From IMG/VR virus record IMGVR_UViG_3300025732_000018: DNA of 64,000 nt. One strand, 5' to 3'. Numbering within the stretch: the first letter of the stretch is position 1; each line of letters begins with the position of its first letter. The position numbers and the translations under genes were made by a program. Of the stretch, positions 18,932 through 27,984 are shown piece by piece. Origin of the DNA: a virus. Below the pieces are notes generated by a model. It worked only from the letters and a program-made list of their open reading frames with translations. It was not told the origin of the DNA and ran no database searches.

Positions 18932-19811
18932 AGTTCTAATCACTGGCGTGCAAGGTTACATTGGTTCGACTCTCGCTCGTGAGATTCATCTTAATCACAA
19001 AGACAATATATGTGTGCATGGAACTGACCTAGTCGAGTCGGTTAACCAGAGTCAACAGTATGTTGAGAAGTACTTCAAGGCTGATGTCAGAAATGACTGG
19101 TCTCTTACTATGGCCAGTCTGCCGGAGTATGACTGCGTGGTGCACTTGGCTGGACTCATCTCAGTCGCCGAGTCAACGAATAAACCGACCGAGTATACTT
19201 TAACAAACGTCAATGGCACAATCAACGTGCTCGAGTGGTTCAACCCTAGAAACTTTATCTTTGCCTCAACGGCCGGAGCGTTTGATCCTATCAATCCATA
19301 TGCCCAAACAAAGATCTTAGCTGAGAGCATCATTCGTCAGTATGCTCATGAGTACACCATCTTTCGCTTCTTTAACGTTGCTGGATCTGACGGTGTAAAT
19401 CGACAGATTGGTGACTCGACTCATCTAGTTCGCATCGCCGCCGAGACCGCCGCCGGAAAGTGGAACAGTATGGACCTCTATGGTACTGACTATGATACTT
19501 CGGACGGAACATGTATCCGCGACTACATTCACGTATCAGATCTAGTTGACAGTATTGTTAAAGCAATTTACAATCCAAAGAATACTAAATATGAGTGTCT
19601 CGGTAACGGTAAAGGGTACACCAATCGAGAAGTCATAAACATGATGAAGAAAGTAAGTGGTCAGGACTTTGAGGTGGTAGAACGTGGACGACGAACCGGT
19701 GATCCGGCGTTTCTAGCTCTAAGACCAAATGAGGTCAGTTCTCTTGTAGAGAGCAAATATACACTAGAAGACATGTGCAGAAGCGCTTATCTTATTGCGG
19801 AGTCAGAATGA
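18912..19811 (+). CDS. galE: UDP-glucose 4-epimerase (GalE-like)
   Basis: ITGVQGYIGS, VHLAGLISVAES, YAQTK, FRFFNVAG, DGTCIRDYIHVSDL, RRTGDP; GTG start after GGAGGAG. Confidence 0.9.
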   Translation: MSTSRLKVLITGVQGYIGSTLAREIHLNHKDNICVHGTDLVESVNQSQQYVEKYFKADVRNDWSLTMASLPEYDCVVHLAGLISVAESTNKPTEYTLTNVNGTINVLEWFNPRNFIFASTAGAFDPINPYAQTKILAESIIRQYAHEYTIFRFFNVAGSDGVNRQIGDSTHLVRIAAETAAGKWNSMDLYGTDYDTSDGTCIRDYIHVSDLVDSIVKAIYNPKNTKYECLGNGKGYTNREVINMMKKVSGQDFEVVERGRRTGDPAFLALRPNEVSSLVESKYTLEDMCRSAYLIAESE

Positions 19812-20908
19812 AAAAGATCCTTATAACTGGAATGAACGCTGCTCAGTGCAAGAAAGATTACTTCTTGCAGCAGGAACTTCAGGTAGTTCCGTCTCACTAC
19901 GCTCTTATCCGAGTGCTGGAAGATATGGGATACCAAGTCGAGCAACGACCTATCTTACTTGGCGAGGATCTCTCTGGATACGACGAGGTCATCGTTTACA
20001 TGCACAGCATCCAAGCTTTTTGTCAGCGTCTCTTCGGCGGTCTATATGCCATGGGCGCGCGACAAGACTGTATCTTAGCCTTTGACGACTGGCAGGTAGA
20101 CCAGATCTATACCAGCTTTAGAAACTACATGGACGACCTTCGTGACGATCCTCAGAAGGCGTATCGCGAGTATCTGCTCGAGCTCTATCAGGGCAAGGAG
20201 TCTCTTGAAGACATCAAGAAGTACCACGACGTGTACGTTCAAGGTTGTGAGCTAGTCCTTCGCAAAAACAGTCGTCTGCTCGTGTCGGCTTTCGCCGGAG
20301 GAGACCTGTCGCTTCTGAAGCTACAGTGGAACGAGAACAAGGTGTTCCAGTTCAACCCTAACCCGTACCATCTCAACCGTCGACCGGACAACAATTACGG
20401 CGAGCCTGGATCTATTCTTTCTTTTGCCGGCAACAACGACGTCAACCCTGCCTCTAAGCTGAGAGTCTGGAACTTCGCGTCGCTCGTTCAGAAGAAGACT
20501 CAGAAGTGGCTCAAGCAGCAGAACATCAACAAGTGGGACATCAACTTCTACGGCGCTCGGCGCGGCGAGGAAGTAAAGCAGCAGCGTCTCACCGAGTCTG
20601 AGATGTGCCGAGTCTATAACTCTCAGTGGGGCTGCTTGATGCCGGGCTACTTTCACTCTGGGTCCGGTTGGTGGCGAGCTCGGCCTCTTCAGGTAGCCGA
20701 CGCCGGATCTATCCTCGTGTGCGACGATCGTGAGGGTTCAGTCTACGGCGAGGCCTACACCGGTCTTACTGCCGACAAGGTGGAAGGCATGACGCTGGAG
20801 GATCTTATCAAGACCGCGCGCTATCAGAAAGAGTGCTTGTACGAGAAGCACCCTCTGACTAAGGCAGTCACCAAGATGGAGATTAGTGCCATCCTGGAGT
20901 CTAAGTGA
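19808..20908 (+). CDS. putative DNA-base glycosyltransferase (GT-B/BGT-like fold)
   Basis: KILITG start, AFDDWQ, C-terminal Y---WGCLMPGY...GWWRAR-LQ; between galE and glf in the hmC locus. Confidence 0.6.
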   Translation: MKKILITGMNAAQCKKDYFLQQELQVVPSHYALIRVLEDMGYQVEQRPILLGEDLSGYDEVIVYMHSIQAFCQRLFGGLYAMGARQDCILAFDDWQVDQIYTSFRNYMDDLRDDPQKAYREYLLELYQGKESLEDIKKYHDVYVQGCELVLRKNSRLLVSAFAGGDLSLLKLQWNENKVFQFNPNPYHLNRRPDNNYGEPGSILSFAGNNDVNPASKLRVWNFASLVQKKTQKWLKQQNINKWDINFYGARRGEEVKQQRLTESEMCRVYNSQWGCLMPGYFHSGSGWWRARPLQVADAGSILVCDDREGSVYGEAYTGLTADKVEGMTLEDLIKTARYQKECLYEKHPLTKAVTKMEISAILESK

Positions 20909-21903
20909 TGGCTAAGTATCTCGTAGTTGGAGCTGGTCTCTCGGGTGCTACCATCGCCCGAGAGCTTGCTGATGCCGGTCACACGGTAATAGTGATAGAC
21001 TCTCGAACTCATATCGCCGGTAACGCGTACGATGAGACCAACGAGTACGGTATTAGGGTACACAAGTACGGACCCCATCTATTTCATACTAACAACGAGA
21101 AAGTATTTGAGTATCTTAGTCGCTTTACAGAGTGGGTCGAGTATGACCACCGCGTAAAGGCTCTTCTTGAAGACGGACGCTACGTAACTTTTCCTCCTAA
21201 CAAAGAGACCAAGGAGATCGTTGGAGCAGAAAACGTAGTAGATACCTTCTATCGGCCGTACACCAAGAAGATGTGGGGAAAGGAGCTTGAGGAAGTCGCT
21301 CCAAAGATATTAGACCGCGTTCCCGGTCGCGACGACATGGAGGACAGATACTTTCCTAATGACAAGTACTGCTTCATGCCCGTAGAAGGGTACACTAAGA
21401 TGGTCGAAAACATGCTAGATCATCAAAACATTAGAGTCTGGCTAGCATACCCATTTAAGAAGCACATGGAAGACTCGTATGATCACGTGTTCAACAGCAT
21501 GGCGATCGACGAGTACTACGGCTATCAGTTTGGTGAGCTCGAGTATCGATCAATCAAGTTTCACACTACGACTGCACCTATTCCTAAAGCTCTTCCAGCT
21601 ACTACAGTCAACTTTACTAACGACGGTCCACTTACGCGAGTGACCGAATGGAAGAACCTGCCGCGTCACGGAAACAACCCGTACTTCACGACTCTTACTG
21701 CGGAAGAACCGTGCGACTATAAAGATAACAACTACGAGCGATACTATCCTATCTCTGATGATATAAATAAGGACAGGTACGCCAAGTACGCATCTATCAA
21801 GAACGATAAAGTTACGTTCATCGGCCGCTGCGGGCAGTACGTCTACATTGATATGCACCAGGCGGTCAACTCCGCCCTTAGAATCGCGATGGATTACAAG
21901 TGA
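20905..21903 (+). CDS. glf: UDP-galactopyranose mutase
   Basis: VVGAGLSG, HIAGNAYD, VHKYGPHLFHT, YTKKMWG, RYYP, GRCGQY-Y-DM. Confidence 0.93.
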   Translation: MMAKYLVVGAGLSGATIARELADAGHTVIVIDSRTHIAGNAYDETNEYGIRVHKYGPHLFHTNNEKVFEYLSRFTEWVEYDHRVKALLEDGRYVTFPPNKETKEIVGAENVVDTFYRPYTKKMWGKELEEVAPKILDRVPGRDDMEDRYFPNDKYCFMPVEGYTKMVENMLDHQNIRVWLAYPFKKHMEDSYDHVFNSMAIDEYYGYQFGELEYRSIKFHTTTAPIPKALPATTVNFTNDGPLTRVTEWKNLPRHGNNPYFTTLTAEEPCDYKDNNYERYYPISDDINKDRYAKYASIKNDKVTFIGRCGQYVYIDMHQAVNSALRIAMDYK

Positions 21904-23102
21904 CCTTCACACACGCATCAATCGTTCCCCTCATCGGCGGCGAGACTCTCGGCACCGAGCAAGCCTTCGGTCGCCCTCCCGAGTACCTTATGTCGTACGA
22001 GCCTTTCTGGGCAAACGACCGACACCTCGTCAACCACTACCGCGGCGAGATTCCCTACTACGTTCTAGACAAGAACGAGAAGCCAGACAAGAAGGTCGAC
22101 GTCATCGGGTCAGTCTGCCCGTGCGCTGGCCTCAGCATGCTTTCTCACGGCTACGGCGACGACAACGCTAACAACCGGTGGATGATCGAGACGGCTAAGT
22201 TCGTTCTCGGTGAGATGAAACCTAAGGTGTTCTGGGGCGAGAACGCTCCGGGCTTCGCCGGCAAGGTGGGTAAGAACATCCGAACCCAGATGTACAACAT
22301 CGGTCGAGAGAACGGGTACACGTTCACGGTGTATAGAACCAAGTCTCTCTTCCACGGCGTGCCTCAGATCCGAGAGAGGTCGTTCTACTTCTTCTGGCAG
22401 TCTGACAAGACTCCCAAGCTGAACTACTACAACACCCCACACAAGAGCATCGAGCAGACCATCCTAGACGCTCGAGGCAACACGCTGCAGGAGCCGATCA
22501 ACAAGAAGACCCCGTCACAGGATCCATACTACCGCTACATCCTAGAGCACATCAACGGCGGAATGACTCACCGCGAGTTCTCAGCTCAGGTCGAGCCTTC
22601 TCGGGCCAGAGGGAACGACACGTTCTCTTACATCGAGAAGCAGGGGATCACCTACGACAAGGTCTCTGAGTGGATGACTGCCAACGGATACGAGCGAGAG
22701 GCTGCGAGCTGCATGCGAAAGTACGAGAAGCTTAAGTCCGGCGGCTCGATCATGCGTCGCGGAACTGTCGTCCCTAAGGACTACATCGGGGCCTTCGTCG
22801 GCCACTATCCAGTCTCCCTCACGCATCCGATCGAGGATCGCTACATTACGTATCGAGAGGGGTTGACAATTATGGGACTTCCTGATACATTTGAACTATT
22901 GGATCCTAAGGACAGCGCCAACCACATGTGCCAGAACGTACCAGTTCAGACGGCCCGTGACATGGCTACTGAGATTCTAGGTTGGTTGAACGGTGAGCGC
23001 GAAGAGTTCAATTCAAACTACGTCTATCAATATAATGGAACAAAGACACATGAGTTCGGTGACATACAAGATGGCTCGAGAAAAATCTCCTCCTTCCTAT
23101 AA
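21900..23102 (+). CDS. C5 DNA cytosine methyltransferase-like protein with degenerate motif I
   Basis: CPCAGLS (motif IV), GENAPG (VI), PQIRER (VIII), R-IT-RE---MGLPD and QNVP (IX/X); motif I reads IVPLIGG instead of FxGxGG. Confidence 0.8.
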   Translation: MTFTHASIVPLIGGETLGTEQAFGRPPEYLMSYEPFWANDRHLVNHYRGEIPYYVLDKNEKPDKKVDVIGSVCPCAGLSMLSHGYGDDNANNRWMIETAKFVLGEMKPKVFWGENAPGFAGKVGKNIRTQMYNIGRENGYTFTVYRTKSLFHGVPQIRERSFYFFWQSDKTPKLNYYNTPHKSIEQTILDARGNTLQEPINKKTPSQDPYYRYILEHINGGMTHREFSAQVEPSRARGNDTFSYIEKQGITYDKVSEWMTANGYEREAASCMRKYEKLKSGGSIMRRGTVVPKDYIGAFVGHYPVSLTHPIEDRYITYREGLTIMGLPDTFELLDPKDSANHMCQNVPVQTARDMATEILGWLNGEREEFNSNYVYQYNGTKTHEFGDIQDGSRKISSFL

Positions 23103-23370
23103 GTTTAATGAGGAAAACCTCCTCAATGAGCTACACGCTTACATCGCTAATACATACACACAGCACTACATCGGTAGGGATAACATCCAGGCCTTTGAGC
23201 TGATCTCGGCTGCAGGTCACGGCATGGGCTTCACCATCGGTGACATCATCAAGTACGCCTCTCGCTACGGCAAGAAGAACGGCCGCAACCGAGCCGACCT
23301 CCTAAAGATCCTTCACTACGGGATCCTAGCCCTCTACATTCATGACAAGGAAACCGCTGATGGAAATTAA
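23071..23370 (+). CDS. DUF3310-like protein
   Basis: YKFNE...TY-QHY...GDIIKYASRYGKK-G-NR-DL-K-LHY. Confidence 0.7.
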   Translation: MAREKSPPSYKFNEENLLNELHAYIANTYTQHYIGRDNIQAFELISAAGHGMGFTIGDIIKYASRYGKKNGRNRADLLKILHYGILALYIHDKETADGN

Positions 23371-24235
23371 GATCGACCTAGAGCAGATTAGGAAGCTTAA
23401 GCTGTTCGTAGCTACACCTATGTACGGCGGTCAGTGCGCCGGCATGTACAACAAGTCGATGTGCGACTTAACGACCATGTGCGTTAAGTATGGTATCGAT
23501 ATGCGGGCTTACTATCTCTTCAACGAGTCTCTCATCACTCGAGCTCGTAACTACTGCGTCGACGAGTTTCTTCGCAGCGACGCTACCCACATGCTCTTCA
23601 TTGACTCCGACATCGGCTTCAATCCTCAGGACGTTCTCGCCATGCTGGCGCTCATGACGCCGGAGTCTGAGTACGACGTTCTGGGCGCGCCCTATCCTAA
23701 GAAGACTATCTCTTGGGAGAAGATCAAGCATGCCGTCAACGTTGGTGCGGCAGACAAGGATCCTAGCTACCTAGAGAACTTCGTCGGCGACTACGTCTTC
23801 AATCCAGTCGGAGACAAGAAAGAGATCCCGATCGGTGAGCCTGCAGAGGTTCTTGAGACCGGCACCGGATTTATGATGATTCGTAGGAAGACTCTCGAGA
23901 AGTACGCGGAGGCTTACCCACAACACAGCTATCGTCCTGACCACGCTCGCTCAGAGTCGTTCGACGGCTCACGAGAGATCTTGATGTACTTCCAGGCTGA
24001 CATCGACCCGGAGAGCAGGCGATACCTGTCAGAGGACTACCTGTTCTGCCAGAACGCTCGCAAGATCGGACTTAAGGTTTGGCTCTGCCCGTGGATGAAG
24101 CTGCAGCACGTTGGAATGTACATCTTCGGAGGTAGCCTAGCCGCCATCGCTTCTATCGGCGCGTCTCCTACAGTCGATGAGGCTAAGTTAGGTAAGAACC
24201 TAAAGAAGAAACAGAAGTTCAAAGGAAGAAGGTAA
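23360..24235 (+). CDS. GT-A fold glycosyltransferase-like protein
   Basis: VATPMYGG, ESLITRARN, FIDSDI (DxD), GTGFMMI, LSEDY-FC. Confidence 0.8.
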   Translation: MEIKIDLEQIRKLKLFVATPMYGGQCAGMYNKSMCDLTTMCVKYGIDMRAYYLFNESLITRARNYCVDEFLRSDATHMLFIDSDIGFNPQDVLAMLALMTPESEYDVLGAPYPKKTISWEKIKHAVNVGAADKDPSYLENFVGDYVFNPVGDKKEIPIGEPAEVLETGTGFMMIRRKTLEKYAEAYPQHSYRPDHARSESFDGSREILMYFQADIDPESRRYLSEDYLFCQNARKIGLKVWLCPWMKLQHVGMYIFGGSLAAIASIGASPTVDEAKLGKNLKKKQKFKGRR

Positions 24236-24245
24236 GAGGTAAATT

Positions 24246-24905
24246 ATGAAGATCAGTGAAAACACAATTAACACTCTCAAGAGCTTCTCGGTCATCAACC
24301 AGTCCATCATGGTTCGACCGGGGTCGAAGATCAGCACGATGTCTCCCTCCGAGACTATCATTGCATCGGCCAAGGTCGAGGAGGAGTTTCCGACGCAGTT
24401 CTGCATCTACGAGCTTCCTCGATTCCTAGGCGTCGTGTCTCTGTTTGAAGATCCTGACTTCGACTTCAGCGACACCGCGGTCACGATTCGCAGCGGAAAG
24501 AAGAAGACGTCGATCACTTACGCCGCTCCAGGAATGATCGTCACACCTCCTGCTGGCGACATCAACTTTCCTGAGCCCGAGGTAGAGTTCAAGCTGGCCG
24601 GCACCGACCTTCTCAACATTCTCAAGGCTGCGACTGTGATGCAGCTTCCTGAGGTGGCTATCACCGGCAACGGTGGCAGTATCTTGCTCGAGGCCATCGA
24701 CAACAAGAACCCAACGGCCGACACTTACTCAATTGCGGTAGGTGAGACTAACAAGACGTTTCGCATGATCTTTAAGATCGAGAACCTGAAGCTCATCAAC
24801 TCAGACTATCACGTCTCAGTATCGTCTCGCGGTCTCAGCAAGTTCTCGAACGACAAGCTAACTTACTTCGTGGTGACGGAGGCTACTTCAACGTACGAGG
24901 GTTGA
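24246..24905 (+). CDS. gp45: sliding clamp (gp45)
   Basis: MKISENTINTLKSFSVINQSI, F-IYEL-RFL; synteny with gp44/gp62. Confidence 0.92.
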   Translation: MKISENTINTLKSFSVINQSIMVRPGSKISTMSPSETIIASAKVEEEFPTQFCIYELPRFLGVVSLFEDPDFDFSDTAVTIRSGKKKTSITYAAPGMIVTPPAGDINFPEPEVEFKLAGTDLLNILKAATVMQLPEVAITGNGGSILLEAIDNKNPTADTYSIAVGETNKTFRMIFKIENLKLINSDYHVSVSSRGLSKFSNDKLTYFVVTEATSTYEG

Positions 24906-24907
24906 CA

Positions 24908-25162
24908 ATGTCTTACGATTATGATACTATCAAACTATATCTTAAGACCATGAACGGAGTCGTCAGCTTCAAGAAGCGAGACGGCTCACTTAGAACGATG
25001 AAGTGCACGCTCAGGGGAGAAGCCCTCCCTGAGCAGACCGACATAGAGGAACACGCCTCGGCTCCTAACAAGGAGTACCTCGCGGTGTGGGACCTCGATA
25101 AGAATGGATGGAGGTCGTTTAGGATTGACTCTATAGAGGACATCACCTTCGTCACCGCTTGA
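24908..25162 (+). CDS. WYL/SH3-like small protein (DUF2693-like)
   Basis: F-KRDGS-R-M-CTL ... VWDLDKNGWRSFR. Confidence 0.7.
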   Translation: MSYDYDTIKLYLKTMNGVVSFKKRDGSLRTMKCTLRGEALPEQTDIEEHASAPNKEYLAVWDLDKNGWRSFRIDSIEDITFVTA

Positions 25163-25180
25163 TCATTTGGAGTCTATATT

Positions 25181-26125
25181 ATGAACGTACGTGAAGAATT
25201 TCTCTGGGTCGAAAAGTATCGGCCCAAGACTATCGAAGATGCCGTCCTGCCGGCAGACCTGAAGAACACTTTTCAACAGTTCGTTGATCAGGGTAACATC
25301 CCTAACTTACTTCTTAGCGGGTCTGCCGGCGTCGGTAAGACGACTGTAGCCAGGGCCATGCTCGAGCAGCTCGGCTGTAACTACATCGTCATCAACGGCT
25401 CGATGAACGGTAACATCGACACCCTTCGCGTCGAGATCCAGTCGTTCGCCTCTACTGTCTCCTTCAAGGGAGGAAGAAAGTACGTCATCATCGACGAGGC
25501 TGACTATCTCAACGCCAACTCTACTCAGCCAGCCCTTCGTAACTTCATGGAGGAGTTCTCCAGCAACTGCGGCTTCATTCTTACGTGTAACTTCAAGAAC
25601 CGCATCATCGAGCCGCTCCACTCTCGCTGCTCGGTCATCGAGTTTAAGATCAGTAAGAAGGACATGCCTAAGCTCGCCTCTCAGTTCATGAAGCGAGCAC
25701 AGACGATTCTAGAGACCGAGCGAGTAGAGTACGACCGCGCGGTGCTAGCCGAGGTCATTCAGAACCACTTTCCTGACTGGCGACGAGTACTCAACGAGTT
25801 ACAGCGCTACTCGGCTACCGGCAAGATCGACAGCGGAATCTTGTCGCGACTAGAGGACGAGTCATTCTCGGCCCTCGTGTCTACGCTTAAGAAGAAAGAC
25901 TTCAACTCGATGCGCAAGTGGGTAGGTGAGAACTCTGACACCGACTCGAGCATCTTGTTTCGACGTCTCTACGATCAAGCCTACGATCTAATCAAGCCTA
26001 ACAGTATCCCTCAGCTGGTCCTCATTCTCTCGGACTATCAGTACAAGGCGGCGTTCGCTGCAAACCAGGAGATTAACCTCGCGGCGGCTCTGACACACGT
26101 CATGGCCGACGTGGAGTTTGTCTAA
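25181..26125 (+). CDS. gp44: clamp loader large subunit (gp44)
   Basis: LWVEKYRP, GSAGVGKTT, IDEAD, PLHSRC. Confidence 0.96.
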   Translation: MNVREEFLWVEKYRPKTIEDAVLPADLKNTFQQFVDQGNIPNLLLSGSAGVGKTTVARAMLEQLGCNYIVINGSMNGNIDTLRVEIQSFASTVSFKGGRKYVIIDEADYLNANSTQPALRNFMEEFSSNCGFILTCNFKNRIIEPLHSRCSVIEFKISKKDMPKLASQFMKRAQTILETERVEYDRAVLAEVIQNHFPDWRRVLNELQRYSATGKIDSGILSRLEDESFSALVSTLKKKDFNSMRKWVGENSDTDSSILFRRLYDQAYDLIKPNSIPQLVLILSDYQYKAAFAANQEINLAAALTHVMADVEFV

Positions 26126-26340
26126 TGTACTACTCAGCCTGGTGCTTGGCTGGAGAGAAAGACTCAGCTAAGAAGTGCGACGGGTGTGACTGTGAGTTCA
26201 TAAAGGGCACTCGCTACATGAACGTCAAGTTCACGCTTGAGGACGGATCTAACGTCGTGCGCCTCATGAATATCTTCCTCTGTACTACCTGTATAGAGGA
26301 CTTTAGCGACTTCGTGGAGGGACCTGATGAACCCGTTTGA
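26125..26340 (+). CDS. small Cys-rich hypothetical protein
   Basis: CDGC...CTTC; coupled between gp44 and gp62. Confidence 0.6.
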   Translation: MYYSAWCLAGEKDSAKKCDGCDCEFIKGTRYMNVKFTLEDGSNVVRLMNIFLCTTCIEDFSDFVEGPDEPV

Positions 26341-26704
26341 TTACGTCAACGCCATCAACGCTGGGAAGGACATCATCAGAGAGTCCGACTCACGAGAGGC
26401 GGCCGAGAAGGGCTACAACCCCTACATGGCTAACATAGCCCTGTCTTACCACCCAGACACCGTCATGTTCGCCAACGAGATGAACGTTAACCACTGGGCA
26501 GACCGTCTGCTTCAATATGACTATCTTATAAATACTGTCAGAAAGCGTAAGAGATTTTCTAAGTGGTACAAGCCTGACTCCGAAGAGATAGACCTTATAA
26601 AGGAGTACTACGGGGTAGGGCCTGAGATCGCTAAGCAGTATCTAAGAGTCTTATCGGCGGAACAGTTGGCCGACCTGAGAAAAAGAATAATAAAAGGTGG
26701 TTGA
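26327..26704 (+). CDS. gp62: clamp loader small subunit (gp62)
   Basis: PFDYVNAIN, Y-PYM-N-ALS, ANEMN, RKRKRFSKW-K, IKEYY. Confidence 0.9.
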   Translation: MNPFDYVNAINAGKDIIRESDSREAAEKGYNPYMANIALSYHPDTVMFANEMNVNHWADRLLQYDYLINTVRKRKRFSKWYKPDSEEIDLIKEYYGVGPEIAKQYLRVLSAEQLADLRKRIIKGG

Positions 26705-27096
26705 TGATTGAGAACTTCGTTGAGGTGAGACTCAAGGAGAAGGAAGACTTTCTAAAGATAAAGGAGACGCTGACTAGGATCGGCGTCGCTTCTAAGAAAG
26801 ACAACACTCTCTACCAGTCCTGCCACATACTTCACAAGCAGTCTAGGTACTACATCGTTCACTTCAAGGAGCTGTTTCTCCTTGATGGAAAGACAGCAGA
26901 TCTGTCTGAGAGTGATATAGGCAGGAGAAACACGATAGCTAAGCTTCTAGCTGAGTGGGACCTTCTGGACATAGTCGACCCGAGTCGCATCCAGGAGCCT
27001 CAGACCAGTCTCAGTCAGATCAAGATTATTCCGTTCAAAGAGAAGAACAACTGGACTCTAGAAGCAAAGTACACTATCGGTAAAAAGAAGGGTTGA
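26701..27096 (+). CDS. regA: translational repressor RegA
   Basis: DFLKIKETLTRIG, LYQSCHILHK, YYIVHFKELF-LDG, RRNTIA-LL--W. Confidence 0.96.
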   Translation: MMIENFVEVRLKEKEDFLKIKETLTRIGVASKKDNTLYQSCHILHKQSRYYIVHFKELFLLDGKTADLSESDIGRRNTIAKLLAEWDLLDIVDPSRIQEPQTSLSQIKIIPFKEKNNWTLEAKYTIGKKKG

Positions 27097-27127
27097 CATC
27101 TCTAGGAAGAGATACTATATTATAAGA

Positions 27128-27179
27128 GTAGTCGCCTAATGGGGCTACGAATCTATGTCTCGCTTAATAGGAGAAAAAC
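27128..27179 (+). promoter_or_regulatory. ROSE-like RNA thermometer in the hsp20 5' UTR
   Basis: Hairpin GTAGTC..GGCTAC, then TCTC-G-CT-TAAT-AG-GAGA: UCGCU motif with a bulged G pairing to the SD. Confidence 0.7.
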
Positions 27180-27698
27180 ATGACAGACTGGCGTACATAC
27201 AAGTTTGACCACACTTTTGCGGATCTTGACAAGTTCAACAAGTTCTTCGTCGGCTCCGACAAGCTGGTTCAAAAGGTCACAGAGACCGTCGAGCACATCG
27301 CTAAGACAGCCGGCTCTACCTTCCCACCTTTCAATCTCAAGAAGACTGACGACAATACCTACGTCATCGAGATGGCGGTTGCTGGCTTCGGCAAGCAAGA
27401 CGTCGAGCTTACTCTCGAGGACAACAAGTTAGTCATCAAGGGCCAGACTACGGTCGAGACCCTCACCGATGATGGTATTAACGTCCAGTACCTTCACAAG
27501 GGTATTGCCGACCGAGCGTTCACTCGCACCTTCTCTCTAGCAGACAACGTAGTAGTCAACAACGCTGCCATGATGAACGGAATCTTGAAGATCTGGCTTG
27601 AGCACATCATTCCAGAAGACAAGAAGCCTAAGAAGATTGACATCGCTGACTCAGTAGAACCTGCTAAGAAGACGAAGAAGCAGCTCCTCACCGAGTAA
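27180..27698 (+). CDS. small heat shock protein Hsp20 (IbpA-like)
   Basis: FPPFNL, IEMAVAGF, YLHKGIA-RAF-R-F, NGIL-I-L. Confidence 0.93.
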   Translation: MTDWRTYKFDHTFADLDKFNKFFVGSDKLVQKVTETVEHIAKTAGSTFPPFNLKKTDDNTYVIEMAVAGFGKQDVELTLEDNKLVIKGQTTVETLTDDGINVQYLHKGIADRAFTRTFSLADNVVVNNAAMMNGILKIWLEHIIPEDKKPKKIDIADSVEPAKKTKKQLLTE

Positions 27699-27784
27699 TC
27701 TCAAACTTTGTTATGATAAAAGAGTGGCTGGGTAACTCCCGGCCACTTACTCATTTCACACGCGTACTAGAAAGAATAATAACA

Positions 27785-27955
27785 ATGCCTAAGATACTTA
27801 AAAACATGCTCAAGAAATACAAGAACTACAAGCTATATGCCAAGACCGTCGACGAGCTGTCTGCTCTTTCTGACAAGGACCTCAAGGACATCGGCATCTC
27901 GAGGTCTGAGATCAAGTCTGTAGCTACCAGGCAGTACATTCGCAAGGCAAAATAA
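27785..27955 (+). CDS. DUF1127 (YjiS-like) small protein
   Basis: T--ELSALSDKDLKDIGISRSEI signature. Confidence 0.85.
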   Translation: MPKILKNMLKKYKNYKLYAKTVDELSALSDKDLKDIGISRSEIKSVATRQYIRKAK

Positions 27956-27984
27956 ATATCGCAGAACCTTTATAGGAGAGTGCG

